The notes under the pieces are model-generated. The model was not told the origin of the DNA and did not search any database. It saw only the letters and a program-made list of their open reading frames with translations. A program made the position numbers and the translations under genes. Of a DNA stretch of 64,000 nt, positions 1-11,229 are shown in pieces; within the stretch, counting starts at the first letter, position 1; each line of letters starts with the position of its first letter. Source of the stretch: Squalus acanthias. Taxonomy: Eukaryota. The DNA is taken from assembly GCA_030390025.1 (NCBI GenBank), contig CM059431.1, positions 116,872,001 through 116,936,000 of the forward strand. Direction: 5' to 3'.

Positions 1-493
1 CCTGGCTGGAGGGTGCAGGACTCTCCCAGCTCTGCTCAGCTGCATGCAGACGCTGAGCCTCGGGGCCCATCCAGAAAGATGGTGATCCTGGAGGTGCAGC
101 AAAAAGTGCAGGAGGGTTTGACAGGTTTTGCGACCACGATGTCAGCAAATGTTCAGAGAATGGAGGAGTCCATCTCCAACATGAGCACCACTGTGTCGCA
201 GGCGATAGCAACTGTAGGCTCTTCCATGGAAAGGATGGCCACCTGCTTGGAGCAGCTAATGCACCACTCCCCTGTTGCATTCCCCTCAGTCAGAGCCCCA
301 CATGCTTCCTGGGATCACGATGGCTGTGTCTGCTCCTGCACAGTCACAGGAGGAACAGACTTTGGCAGGTCCATCACAGGCTCCAAGACCCAGAGGATAT
401 CCACCAAAAGGGTCTGTGCAGTTGCAGCAGGGACGTGAGCAGGCTGCCTCTACCTCTGCTAAAGCCACAGGGTTGCACCTCGTAGAAGGGTAA
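1..493 (+). pseudogene. Last exon of Harbinger Myb/SANT-like partner gene, frameshifted
   Basis: MSANVQRMEESISNMS and AQSQEEQTLAGPSQA match VTASVQRMEESISNIS and AQPQEEQTVAEPSQA of the partner gene at 45779-46519; split between ORFs 13..438 and 275..493. Confidence 0.75.
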
Positions 494-804
494 GCACTTG
501 GGTGTTTAATTGCTGTTTGTGTTACGCTTCCGTTACTCTGATGTCATATATTAAACTATTGTTTTCACCACTTTCCAGTCATGGCCAATTTAGTCTGCAA
601 CTTTGGAAGTGGCTTAGTGAGTTGGAGTGAATGGTGAGACATACATTACCTCCATAATGGTGGTCAGTGTGAAAGGAATGGCTTGGTCATTGTAGGGATG
701 CTTTATGATGATGCTGTGGGGTAGTGCCAACCTGGCTTAGCATATGGCAGTCATATGGGTGTACTGCCTGAAATTAAGTAAATCTGGCAATGATGAGCCC
801 ATCC

Positions 805-1076
805 AGCGTCGACAGTGGGGGAGGAGGAGCCTTTCTTTCTTTCTCTCTCCCACAGAGCGGTCGGCAGCGGGGAAGGAGGGGCGGACCTGGTTGGAGCGGC
901 AGAGGCCTGAGGTGAGTCATTAAAGGGAGGCCCGAGGCTCAGGTAGGCCTCAGACCAGCGTCGACAGCGGGGGAGGAGGAGCCTTTCTTTCTTTCTCTCT
1001 TCCACAGAGCGGTCGGCAGCGGGGAAGGAGGGGCGGACCTGGTTCGAGCGGCAGAGGCCTGAGGTGAGTCATTAAA
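805..1076 (+). repeat. Tandem 152-bp monomers in CR1 5' UTR (about 1.8 copies)
   Basis: agcgtcgacag...ggtgagtcattaaa starts at 805 and again at 957, near-identical. Confidence 0.93.
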
Positions 1077-1136
1077 CTCACCTACGTGGCCTTTTTCCCC
1101 AGCGGGGAAAGAGCTTCGCGGGCTTTTTCAAAGGCA

Positions 1137-1170
1137 GGGGGCGGGGCCAATTCATTGGTACCCGTATATA
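1137..1170 (+). promoter_or_regulatory. Candidate internal Pol II promoter (GC box, CCAAT/ATTGG, TATA-like)
   Basis: ggggcgggg-ccaat-tc-attgg-tacccg-tatata in canonical order about 190 nt upstream of the ORF1 ATG; motif evidence only. Confidence 0.45.
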
Positions 1171-1361
1171 GGTGGAGCGGTTGCTAAACCCGAGACACTA
1201 CACTAGTAGTGACTCCCACCCTCCCACCTCCTCTAACCTTTAGGGGTAGAGGGAATTTAAAAGGTATGTTCGATTTTATATTTTGTTTTCAGGGACTTAA
1301 CTCCTGGACCTAAGATAAATAAGTTTAAATTTTAGTAATAAAGTAACATAAGGGTTAAGTC

Positions 1362-2306
1362 ATGACAGGAAGCCTCGGACCCGTTTCATGCTCCTCCTGT
1401 GCCATGTGGGAAACCAGGGACACTTCCAGTGTCCCTGACAACTACGTGTGCGGGAAGTGTGTCCAGCTGCAGCTCCTGACAGCCCGCATGGTGGTGCTGG
1501 AGCTGCGGGTGGACTCACTCTGGAGCATGCACGATGCCGAGAACTCGGTGAATCGCTCATTTAGTGAGTTGTCCACACCGCAGGTAAAGGCTAGGACAGA
1601 CAGTGAATGGGTGACCAAGAAGCAGGGCAATATCAGGAAGGTAGTGCAGGAGTCCCCTGTGGTCATCTCCCTCCAAAACAGGTATGCCGCTTTGGATACT
1701 GTTGGGGGAGATGGCCTACCAGGGGAAGGCACTAGCAGCCAGGTTCATGGCACCATGGCTGGCTCTGCTGCACAGCAGGGCGGGAAAAAGAGTGGCAGGG
1801 CTATAGTGATAGGGGACTCAATTGTAAGGGGAATAGACAGGAGTTTCTGTGGCCGCAACCGAGATTCCAGGATGGTATGTTGCCTCCCTGGTGCAAGGGT
1901 CAAGGATGTCTCGGAGCGGCTGCAGAACATTCTGAAGAGGGAGGGTGAACAGCCAGCTGTCGTGGTGCATGTAGGTACCAACGATATAGGTAAAAAGCGG
2001 GAAGAGGTCCTACAAGCAGAATTTAGGGAGCTAGGAGCTAAATTAAAAAGTAGGACCTCTAAGGTAGTAATCTCTGGATTGCTACCAGGGCCACGTGCTA
2101 ATCAGAATAGAGAGAACAGGATAGTGAGATTGAATATGTGGCTTGAGCAGTGGTGCAGGAGGGAGGGATTCAAATTCCTGAGGCATTGGAACCAGTTCTG
2201 GGGGAAGTGGGACCTGTACAAAAGGGACGGTCTGCACTTGGGCAGGACTGGAACCGATGTCCTCGGGGTAATATTTGCTAAAGCAGTTCGGGAGGATTTA
2301 AACTAA
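1362..2306 (+). CDS. CR1 ORF1p: CxxC-CxxC zinc finger, leucine-zipper region and SGNH/GDSL esterase domain
   Basis: 314 aa; CSSC...CGKC, then esterase blocks IGDS, PGA, VGTND, DGLH all present. Confidence 0.93.
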   Translation: MTGSLGPVSCSSCAMWETRDTSSVPDNYVCGKCVQLQLLTARMVVLELRVDSLWSMHDAENSVNRSFSELSTPQVKARTDSEWVTKKQGNIRKVVQESPVVISLQNRYAALDTVGGDGLPGEGTSSQVHGTMAGSAAQQGGKKSGRAIVIGDSIVRGIDRSFCGRNRDSRMVCCLPGARVKDVSERLQNILKREGEQPAVVVHVGTNDIGKKREEVLQAEFRELGAKLKSRTSKVVISGLLPGPRANQNRENRIVRLNMWLEQWCRREGFKFLRHWNQFWGKWDLYKRDGLHLGRTGTDVLGVIFAKAVREDLN

Positions 2307-2353
2307 TATGGCAGGGGAATGGGAACCTATGTAGCAAAACAGGGGGAAGTAAT

Positions 2354-5290
2354 ATGCAGTCAGAAACAAATGTTAGAAGGGTGAGAAACAATAGGGGAAG
2401 GCCGAGTAAACAAAGGCAAGAAACACAAAGGGCCATACTAAATCATAAGTCTAAAAGGACAAAGGATGTTAATAAAACAAGCCTAAAGGCTCTGTGTCTT
2501 AATGCAAGGAGTATCCGTAATAAGGTGGATGAATTGACTGTGCAAATAGATGTTAACGGATACGATGTGATTGGGATTACAGGGACGTGGCTCCAGAACA
2601 ATCAAGGCTGGGAACTGAACATCCAGGGGTATTCAACATTCAGAAAGGATAGAATAAAAGGAAAAGGGGGTGGGGTAGCATTGCTGGTTAAAGAGGAGAT
2701 TAATGCAATAGCTAGGAAGGACATCAGCTTGGAGGATGTGGAATCAATATGGGTTGAGCTGCAGAACACCAAAGGGCAGAAAACGTTAGTGGGAGTTGTG
2801 TACAGACCTCCAAACAGCAGTAGTGAGGTGGGGGAGGGTATGAAACAGGAAATCAGAGGTGCGTGCAAAAAAGGCACGGCAGTTATCATGGGTGACTTTA
2901 ATATGCATATAGATTGGGCTACTCAAACTGGAAGCAATACGGTGGAAGAGGATTTCCTGGAGTATTTAAGGGATGGTTTCCTAAACCAATATGTTGAGGA
3001 ACCAACTCGAGGGGAGGCCATCCTGGACTGGGTGTTGTGTAATGAGGAGGGACTAATCAGCAATCTTGTGGTACGAGGCCCCCTGGGGAAGAGTGACCAT
3101 AGTATGGTGGAGTTCTACATTAGGATGGAGAAGGAAACAGTTAAGTCAGAGACCATGGTCCAGAACTTAAATAAGGGCAACTTTGAGGGTATGAGGCGTG
3201 AATTGGCGAGGTTAAATTGGCAAGCGATATTTAAGGGGCTATCAGTGGAAGGGCAATGGCAGACATTTAGAGATCGCATGGATGAACTACAACAATTGTA
3301 CATCCCGGTCTGGCGTAAAAATAAAAAAGGGAAGGTGGCTCAACCATGGCTAACAAGGGAAATCAGGGATAGTATTAAAACCAAGGAAGTTGCATACAAA
3401 TTGGCCAGAAGTAGCAGCAAACCCGGGGACTGGGAGAACTTCAAAACTCAGCAGAGGAGGACGAAGGGTTTGATTAGGGCAGGGAAAATAAAATATGAAA
3501 GGAAGCTTGCAGAGAACATTAAAATGGACTGCAAAAGCTTCTATAAATATGTAAAAAGAAAGAGGTTAGTAAAAACAAACGTAGGTCCCCTACAGTCGGA
3601 AACAGGGGAAGTCGTAATGGGGAACAAGGAAATGGCAGATCAATTGAACAAGTACTTTGGTTCGGTGTTTACTGTGGAGGACACACACAACCTGCCGGAA
3701 ATAAAAGGGGTCAGAGGATCTGGTAAGAGGGAGGAGCTGAGGGAAATCCTTATTAGTCGGGAAAAGGTATTGGGGAAATTGATGGGACTGAAGGCTGAAA
3801 AATCCCCGGGGCCTGATGGTCTGCATCCCAGAGTACTTAAGGAGGTGGCCTTGGAAATAGTGGATGCATTGACGATCATTTTCCAACATTCCCTAGACTC
3901 TGGATCAGTTCCGATGGAGTGGAGGGTGGCCAATGTAACCCCTCTTTTTAAAAAAGGAGGGAGGGAGAAAGCAGGGAATTATAGACCGGTCAGCCTGACA
4001 TCGGTCGTGGGTAAAATGATGGAAGCAATTATTAAAGATGTCATAACAGACCATTTGGAAAGTGGCGACATGATAGGTCCAAGTCAGCATGGATTTGTGA
4101 AAGGGAAATCATGCTTGACAAATCTTCTGGAATTTTTTGAGGATGTTTCCAATAGGGTGGACAGGGGGGAACCAGTAGATGTGGTGTATTTGGACTTTCA
4201 GAAGGCCTTCGACAAGGTCCCACACAAGAGATTGGTGAGCAAAGTTAAAGCACATGGGATTGGGGGTAATGTGTTGACGTGGATTGAGAACTGGTTGGCA
4301 CACAGGAAACAAAGAGTAGGAGTAAATGGGTACTTTTCAGAATGGCAGGCAGTGACCAGCGGGGTACCGCAGGGTTCGGTGCTGGGACCCCAGCTGTTTA
4401 CATTATATATTAATGATTTGGACGAAGGGATTAAATGTAATATCTCCAAATTTGCGGATGACACTAAATTGGGAGGCAGTGTGAACAATGAGGAGGATGC
4501 TAGGAGGCTACAGAGTGACTTGGACAGGTTGGGTGAATGGGCAAATGTATGGCAGATGAAGTACAATGTGGATAAATGTGAGGTTATCCACTTTGGTGGT
4601 AAAAATAGAGAGGCGGACTATTACCTGAATGGTGGCAGATTAGGGAAAGGGGACGTGCAACGAGACCTGGGCGTCATGGTACATCAGTCACTGAAGGTGG
4701 GAATGCAAGTGCAGCAGGCAGTCAAGAAAGCAAACGGAATGATGGCCTTCATAGCAAGGGGATTTGAGTACAGGAGTAGGGAGGTGATGCTACAGTTGTA
4801 CAGGGCCTTGGTGAGGCCACACCTGGAGTATTGTGCGCAGTTTTGGTCTCCTAACTTAAGGAAGGACATTCTTGCTATTGAGGGAGTGCAGCGAAGGTTC
4901 ACTAGATTGATTCCTGGGATGGCCGGACTGACATATCAAGAAAGATTGGGTCAACTGAACTTGTATCCTCTGGAGTTCAGAAGAATGAGGGGGGATCTTA
5001 TAGAGACATTTAAAATCCTGACTGGTTTAGACAAATTAGATGCGGGCAGAATGTTCCCAATGGTAGGGAAAACTAGAACCAGGGGTCACAGTCTAAGGAT
5101 TAAGGGGAAGCCATTTAGGACTGAGCTGAGGAGGAACTTCTTCACCCAGAGAGTGGTGAATCTATGGAATTCTCTTCCACAGAAGGTTGTTGAGGCCAGT
5201 TCGCTAAATATATTCAAAAGGGAGTTAGATATAACACTCACAACTAGGGGGATCAAGGGGTATGGCGAGAAAGCAGGAATGGGGTACTGA
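2354..5290 (+). CDS. CR1 ORF2p: APE endonuclease plus reverse transcriptase
   Basis: 978 aa; CLNARS, VYRPP, MGDFN, SDH (APE); SPGPDG, NYRPVSL, QHGF, DFQKAFD, GVPQGSVLGP, FADD (RT). Frame is open from 2282. Confidence 0.97.
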   Translation: MQSETNVRRVRNNRGRPSKQRQETQRAILNHKSKRTKDVNKTSLKALCLNARSIRNKVDELTVQIDVNGYDVIGITGTWLQNNQGWELNIQGYSTFRKDRIKGKGGGVALLVKEEINAIARKDISLEDVESIWVELQNTKGQKTLVGVVYRPPNSSSEVGEGMKQEIRGACKKGTAVIMGDFNMHIDWATQTGSNTVEEDFLEYLRDGFLNQYVEEPTRGEAILDWVLCNEEGLISNLVVRGPLGKSDHSMVEFYIRMEKETVKSETMVQNLNKGNFEGMRRELARLNWQAIFKGLSVEGQWQTFRDRMDELQQLYIPVWRKNKKGKVAQPWLTREIRDSIKTKEVAYKLARSSSKPGDWENFKTQQRRTKGLIRAGKIKYERKLAENIKMDCKSFYKYVKRKRLVKTNVGPLQSETGEVVMGNKEMADQLNKYFGSVFTVEDTHNLPEIKGVRGSGKREELREILISREKVLGKLMGLKAEKSPGPDGLHPRVLKEVALEIVDALTIIFQHSLDSGSVPMEWRVANVTPLFKKGGREKAGNYRPVSLTSVVGKMMEAIIKDVITDHLESGDMIGPSQHGFVKGKSCLTNLLEFFEDVSNRVDRGEPVDVVYLDFQKAFDKVPHKRLVSKVKAHGIGGNVLTWIENWLAHRKQRVGVNGYFSEWQAVTSGVPQGSVLGPQLFTLYINDLDEGIKCNISKFADDTKLGGSVNNEEDARRLQSDLDRLGEWANVWQMKYNVDKCEVIHFGGKNREADYYLNGGRLGKGDVQRDLGVMVHQSLKVGMQVQQAVKKANGMMAFIARGFEYRSREVMLQLYRALVRPHLEYCAQFWSPNLRKDILAIEGVQRRFTRLIPGMAGLTYQERLGQLNLYPLEFRRMRGDLIETFKILTGLDKLDAGRMFPMVGKTRTRGHSLRIKGKPFRTELRRNFFTQRVVNLWNSLPQKVVEASSLNIFKRELDITLTTRGIKGYGEKAGMGY

Positions 5291-7164
5291 GGTAGCATGT
5301 TCAGCCATGAACGCATTGAATGGCGGTGCAGGCTCGAAGGACCGAATGGTCTACTCCTGTACCTATTTTCTATGTTTCTATGTTTCTATCCCATGCCTCC
5401 CGGGCAGCAATGTGCTCGGGTGCCGGTGGGATCTGGAACGCAGGTTTCTTCTGCTCCTCCTCCTCCTTGTCTTCCAGCTGATGCTCCTCCTCCTCCTCCT
5501 CCTCCTCTGAAGAGGCTGTGTGCTCAGAGCTTTCTCCTCACGCAGCACTAATCCTCGCTGCTGCGCTATGTTGTGCAGGGCGCAGCAGACCACGACAATT
5601 CTGGAGACCTGGTGCGTACTGCAGGGCTCCTCCAGATCTGTCAAAACATCTGAAGTGCATTTTCAGCAGGTCTATTGTCTGCTCTATGACATACCTGGTG
5701 GACATGTGGCTTTCATTATATCTCTCCTGGGCCTCAGTACTTGGCCTCCTCAAGGGTGTCATGAGCCACGTCTTCAGTGGATTGCCCTTGTCTCCAAGCA
5801 ACCAGACGGAAAGTTTGTTTAAGGTGTAAAGAGCTGAGGGAGGGTGTACTGGCGCAGCATGAAAGAGTCATGGCAGCTGCCTGGGAATTTGGCACATACA
5901 TGGATGATGATCTTCATTTGGTTGCAGACAAGCAGCACATTGAGGGAGTGGAAGCCCTTGCAGTTGCCAAACACTTCTGGGTGATGCTGGGGTGCCCTGA
6001 TGACCACATGTGTGCAGTCGATGACGCCCAGCACCCATGGGAAGCCAGCCAGAGCGGCAAAGCTGAACGCCCACTCAGTAACACTGGCATCATCAGTGGC
6101 AAAGTTGATATAATTGGCTTACTAGTCAAACAGGGCATCGGTGACCTGTGTGATGCATCTGTGAGTGGCCGACTGCGAGATGCTGCAAATGTCTGCTGCA
6201 CATTCCTGGAAGGAGGCTGAGGCGAAGAAGTTGAGGGCGCTGGTGACTTTGACAGCCACTGGTAAGGCGTGTCCACCATGTCCTCTGGGCTGCAGGTCTT
6301 GGTCCAGAAAGCTGCAAAGGTCTGCGACGACCTGGCATGATAGCCTGAGCCACCTTTGGCACTGCTGCTGAATGATGTTGAGGAAGCTCATCCTCTGCCT
6401 GTATATCCTGTGTTGGGGGTATTGCCTCCGGCGCGGTGCAGCCCTGCGCTGCTGCCCTCTGTCCTGTGCAGCATCAGGTCATTGAAGAGAAGGTTGGTGG
6501 TGTTGTTGTTGGTGCTGCTGGTGTTGGGGCTCATCGTGGTCCAATTCTGAGGACTAAGGTGAAACAGTATAAATGGCACCCGTGCTGATGTAATAGATGG
6601 CAGGTCAAGTAGATATGAGAGAAGCAATCTGTCAGTGGTGTGATAGGTTGTAGCAATGAGGTGTCATTGGTTCCCGAATTTTCTGAAAACACTTGCAACC
6701 TCTAGAAAGCTAAATCTGTGCTGACAATGCACTCAGCAACAGCATCTGCCTTAGCAAAGTAACCAGGTGTAAAGTGGGAGTATTTATTGTGCTTTCCATG
6801 CTGTGCAGTAATGAGTTCCATGAATGGCCACTGAACTTCTGCCTCAGGTTCACAGATGTGGTTCCTGAGCTGCGTGATTCCCGTGCTCATGCAATGAAAA
6901 TGGAAAGGTAGGGTTCAAAAGAGGCTTAAGGATCTGACAACTACTTAATAATTATCTAAATTAGGTCGGCCACCTCTGCCGTCCTGGCAAACGCGCCCGA
7001 GTAAAAGGCGCGAGGAGACGGGATGACAGCGGGTTCCCAACCCACTCTGATTTATTTCAACTTTCACTCCAGACCCGCCTCCAATCCCGCACGCATAGCA
7101 ACAGGAAAATTCTGACCATGACCTCTGACTTGCTAGTCCAGTACCATAACCACTAGGCTAGTAT

Positions 7165-8780
7165 GGCCCAGAAATCAATGCATACCATGATGTGGTGCTA
7201 TAGCAGACTTTGCAGCAGAGCTTTTGGCATGGGTGGTTCTTGCTCAAGGAACTAACCTTAGATTAAACTCCATATTACAACTCAGGATTAACTCATCCTA
7301 TAGGGCCAGGGTTTCTTATCTGGATCCATCTGAAGAAACCTGCCTGCACCAGCTAAGACTCTGAAAGGAAGCTCTCACCAAAGTCTACACACTGCTGTAG
7401 CCAGACTTTAAGCCTACTTCAAACACAACCTCAGCTCTGACAGTTGTTGTAAAGGCCACAGCTACTGTGAACTTTTATGTGACAGGCTTCTTCCAGGTAA
7501 GGGCAGGAGCTCTCTGGCACATTTGCCAACCTTCAGTTACAGAGGGCCTGAAGTGGTCATGTTATCTATGGTGGTCTGCAGCTCAGTCAGGAGATGATGG
7601 AGCAGTGTATTGTTGCAGGTTGTGGATTGTTCCAGGCAAACCCCAAACTACTTGCTCCATGGGACACTCTCCAGTGACTCCATGATGTTATGATGTTAAG
7701 CTACGAAAGGACATTTATTAGATGGCCCTGTGAGGTCCAAATCCCTAAACTCCACAGCTGATGGTAGCCTTGAGCTGACCATCCAGCCAGCAGGTTGCAT
7801 CTCTTGCAATTTCTTCTCCTCATTCTTGCTTTACCAGGTTCTTCCTCCTGCAAGTGGCCAATAGATATCCCAGAGCAGATATAGGATTACTGCTGTTTGC
7901 ACTGTAAAGTTGGCTGATGTAGGGTGTGATGAGGAGCTTCTTTGAGACTGTATAGTTGGTTCATCCTCCTCCTCCAGGGCTTCTGGAGGAACAGAAAAAG
8001 AACACATTTTACAATACTTGCAATAAGACACCCCATGAAATATATACATGGCAAGAGAATGTGGTGTGTGCATTGAAATGCTTCAATGTGAGGAATTGGA
8101 GGAGTAAGTAAATAAGAAAATAAAGAATGAAAAGCAAAAGATACGAGTCATGAGCTTTGGGAAGGCTTCTGATTTCAGCCTTCACCACCATCCCAATTAT
8201 CCCCATGCCCATAATCTGGATGATCCTCTTATAAAGAGTCAATGAATATACTTTTCGTGACACTTTCCTCTCTGCAAGTGCTGCCTCCTGTGCAATTTCC
8301 TGCTGCAAGCAGATTCATAAGAGGCACCTTATGTAAGTGAGAGAACATGCCACTTTGAAACCTTGTGATGTATATGGGTAGCACAGTGATATGACAACAT
8401 GCCATAGTGGGAGGGTATCAAAACAGTGTGCTATGAGCATTTACCAAGATCAAAAGTTGGTAAAGTTCACTGCACCACATTTACAATGAAGACGCTTGGT
8501 AGGATAGTCTACTGAGATCTTGCACATGTTTGCACAATTACATTGGCAACTTTGTGTAGGTCAAAAAAGTTCTTCTTCACCTACTCTCAGATTCAGCCCG
8601 CAGATGAGGCTATGTTGACGTGATCTCTACTCACCAACCGTGCTACATATTTAGTTGGAGGGTGGTCCTCTCAACAAAATAAAACCACCATTCACTGCAC
8701 AACTTTCTGAAGCAGGAACTCCAGTGCTGGTGCACTGAATCTTGCAGATTGCTGTGCTGTTTGGATTGGATTATTATCCC
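7165..8780. mobile_element. Old, heavily decayed Harbinger relic (transposase N-terminus +, Myb exons -)
   Basis: About 7300-7530 + translates to SYLDPSEETCLHQLRL...VVVKATATVNFYVTGFFQ; about 8700-8745 - gives ARFSAPALEFLLQKV and about 8560-8580 VKKNFFDL; TIR-like ggcccagaaat at 7165. Right end not found. Confidence 0.6.
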
Positions 8781-9080
8781 CAAGGCGTTTTGTCTTCTCT
8801 CAAATTCTGCAAACTTATGGATATTTCAAAAACAAATTTGATCTGATCAGTTTCTAAACAGACAGTACCACCAACAGAGGCTGGCTACCGTCCCATGACA
8901 CTTCTGGCTATCTCTGGACTGCTTCATGGATTGCATTTCTCCCCGATCCAAGACAAAAGGGTTGCAAAAATCAATAAGCCTCTGATCCCAGTGTAAATAC
9001 TGGTGACCTCTGGTTTACCAGGTCATGGGATGTCACTTAATTTGAATAAACCAGGAGGGTGCCCACACCAGATGTAGAAG

Positions 9081-11229
9081 GTGATTGAATTTTTTGAAGA
9101 GGTGCCTAAAGTAGTGGATAGGGGACTGTCTATGGATGTTATTTATATGGACTTCCAGAAGGCATTTGATAAAGTCTCACATAAGAGACTGTTATCTAAG
9201 GTAGAAGCCCATGGAGTTGAGGGCAAATTATTGACCTGGTTAGGAAATTGGCTGAGCGGCAGGAGACAGAGAGTAGGGATAATGGGCAGGTACTCAAAAT
9301 GGCAAGATGTGACCAGTGGTGTCCCGCAGGGATCTGTGTTGGGACCTCAACAATTCACAATATTCATTAACGACTTAGATGATGGCATACAAAGTCATAT
9401 ATCCAAATTTGCCGATGACACAAAGATAGGTGGCATTGTAGGCAGTGTAGATGAAAGCATACAATTACAAAGGGATATTGATAGATTAAGTGAATGGGCA
9501 AAACTGTGGCAAATGGATTTCAACGTTAGCAAATGCGAGGTCATCCACTTTGGACCTGTAAAGGATAGAACAGGGTACTTTCTAAATGGTAAAAAGCTAA
9601 AAACAGTGGCGGTCCAAAGTGACTTGGGAGTTCAGGTACATAGATCATTAAAATGTCATGAACAGGTACAGAAAATAATCAAAAAGGCTAATGGAATACT
9701 GTCCTTTATATCTAGAGGACTAGAGTACAAGAGGGCAGAAGTTATGCTGCAGCTATACAAAACCAACCATCTTCATCAATGACCTTCCCTCCAACATAAG
9801 GTCAGAAATGGGGATGTTCGCTGATGACTGCACAGTATTCACAACTCCTCAGATAATGAAGCAGTCCATGACCACATGCAACAAGACCTGGACGACGTTC
9901 AGGCTTGAGCTGATAAGTGGCAGGTAACATTCGCGCCACACAAGTGCCAGTCAATGACTATCTCCAACAAGCGAGAGTCTAACCACCGCCCCTTGACATT
10001 CAACGGCATTACCATCGCCAAATCCCCCACCATCAACATCCTGGGGTCACCATTGATCAGAAACTTAACTGGACCAGCCACATAAATACTGTGGCAACAA
10101 GAGCAGGTCAGAGGCTAGGTATTCTGCGGCGAGTGTCTCACCTCCTGACTCCCCATCTACAAGGCACAAGGGAGGAGTGTGATGGAATACTCTCCACTTG
10201 CCTGGATGAGTGCAGCTCCAACAACACTCAAGAAGCTCAACACCATCCAGGACAAAGCAGCCCGCTTGATTGGCACCCCATCCATCACCTTAAACATTCA
10301 CTCCCTCCACCACCAGCGTACCGTGACTGCAGTGTGTACCATCTACAAGATGCGCTGCAGCAACTTCGGCAGCAACTCTCAAACCCGCAACCTCTACCAC
10401 CTAGAAGGACAAGGGCAGCAGGTGCATGGGAACACCACCACCTCCAAGTTCCCCTCCAAGTCACAAACCATCCTGTCTTAGATGTATATCGCCGTTCCTT
10501 CATTGTCGCTGGGTCAAAATCCTGGAACTCCCTCCCTAACAGTGCTGTGGGAGTACCTTCACCACACAGACTCACCACCACCTTCTCAAGGGCAATTAGG
10601 GATGGGCAATAAATGCTGGCCTTGCCAGCGTCGCCCACATCCCATGAACGAATAAAAAGAAAAAAAACCCTGATTAGACCACGCCTGGAGTACTGTGAGC
10701 AGTTCTGGGCACCACATCTTAGGAAAGATATATTGCTCTTGGAGGGAGTGCAGCATAGCTGTACCAGAATGATAGCCGGACTTCAAGGGCTAAGTTAAGA
10801 GGAGAGATTACACAAATTAGGGTTGTATTCCCTAGAATTTAGAAGGTTAAGGGGTGATCTGATCAAAGTTTTCAGGATATTTAGGAGAACAGATAGGGTA
10901 GATAGAGAGAAACTATTTCTGCTGGTTGGGGACTCCAGGACTACGGGGCATAGTCTAAAAAATAGAGCCAGACTGTGCAGGAGTGAAATTTGGAAACACT
11001 TCTACACACAAAGAGTGGTAGATGTTTGGAACTCTCTTCTGCAAACGGCAATTGATGCTAGATCAATTGTTCATTTTTAAATCGGAGATTGATAGCTTTT
11101 TGTTAACACAAGGCATTAAGGGATATGGACCAAAGGCAGGCATATGGAGTTTAGTCACAGATCAGCCATGATCTCATCGAATGGCGGAACAGGCATAAGG
11201 GGCTGAATGGCCTCCTCCTGTTCCTATGT
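9081..11229 (+). mobile_element. 5'-truncated CR1 (RT to 3' UTR), interrupted by another LINE
   Basis: ORFs 9081..9782 (DFQKAFD, GVPQGS, FADD) and 10613..11080; LYKT|LIRPRLEY joins across the insertion; CR1 3' UTR ends near 11229. Confidence 0.92.
9765..10663 (+). mobile_element. 5'-truncated LINE of a second CR1-group family with A-rich tail
   Basis: FINDLP...MFADD RT motifs, MEYSPLAW...IQDKAARLI, SWNSLP; ends aataaaaagaaaa; AAAACC duplicated at 9759-9764 and 10664-10669. Confidence 0.85.

Larger units (their letters stand above)
805..5387 (+). mobile_element. Full-length CR1 non-LTR retrotransposon, young copy
   Basis: 5' UTR, two uninterrupted ORFs, CR1-type 3' UTR ending in (TTTCTATG)n; ATCC at both 801-804 and 5388-5391; removing it restores the Harbinger transposase C-terminus seen at 45361-45427. 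Confidence 0.96.
774..6583 (-). pseudogene. Harbinger (HARBI1-like) DDE transposase pseudogene, split near its C-terminus by the CR1
   Basis: Motifs in several frames: [61 protein letters not shown]; last codons and TAA resume left of the CR1 (774-804); start codon reads ACG at 6581-6583. Confidence 0.9.
1..7117. mobile_element. PIF/Harbinger DNA transposon, family B, decayed; left end lies outside the window; interrupted by a full-length CR1
   Basis: Myb-partner last exon on + (1-493) converges on a Harbinger transposase on -; right TIR-like end ggaaaattctgacc finishes at 7117 and resembles the ends at 29230 and 48301; same layout as 26498-29230 and 43663-48301. Confidence 0.85.

Noticed and set aside
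1264..1292. 29-nt GT...AG micro-intron in the CR1 5' UTR
   Set aside because: Too short for vertebrate spliceosomal splicing.
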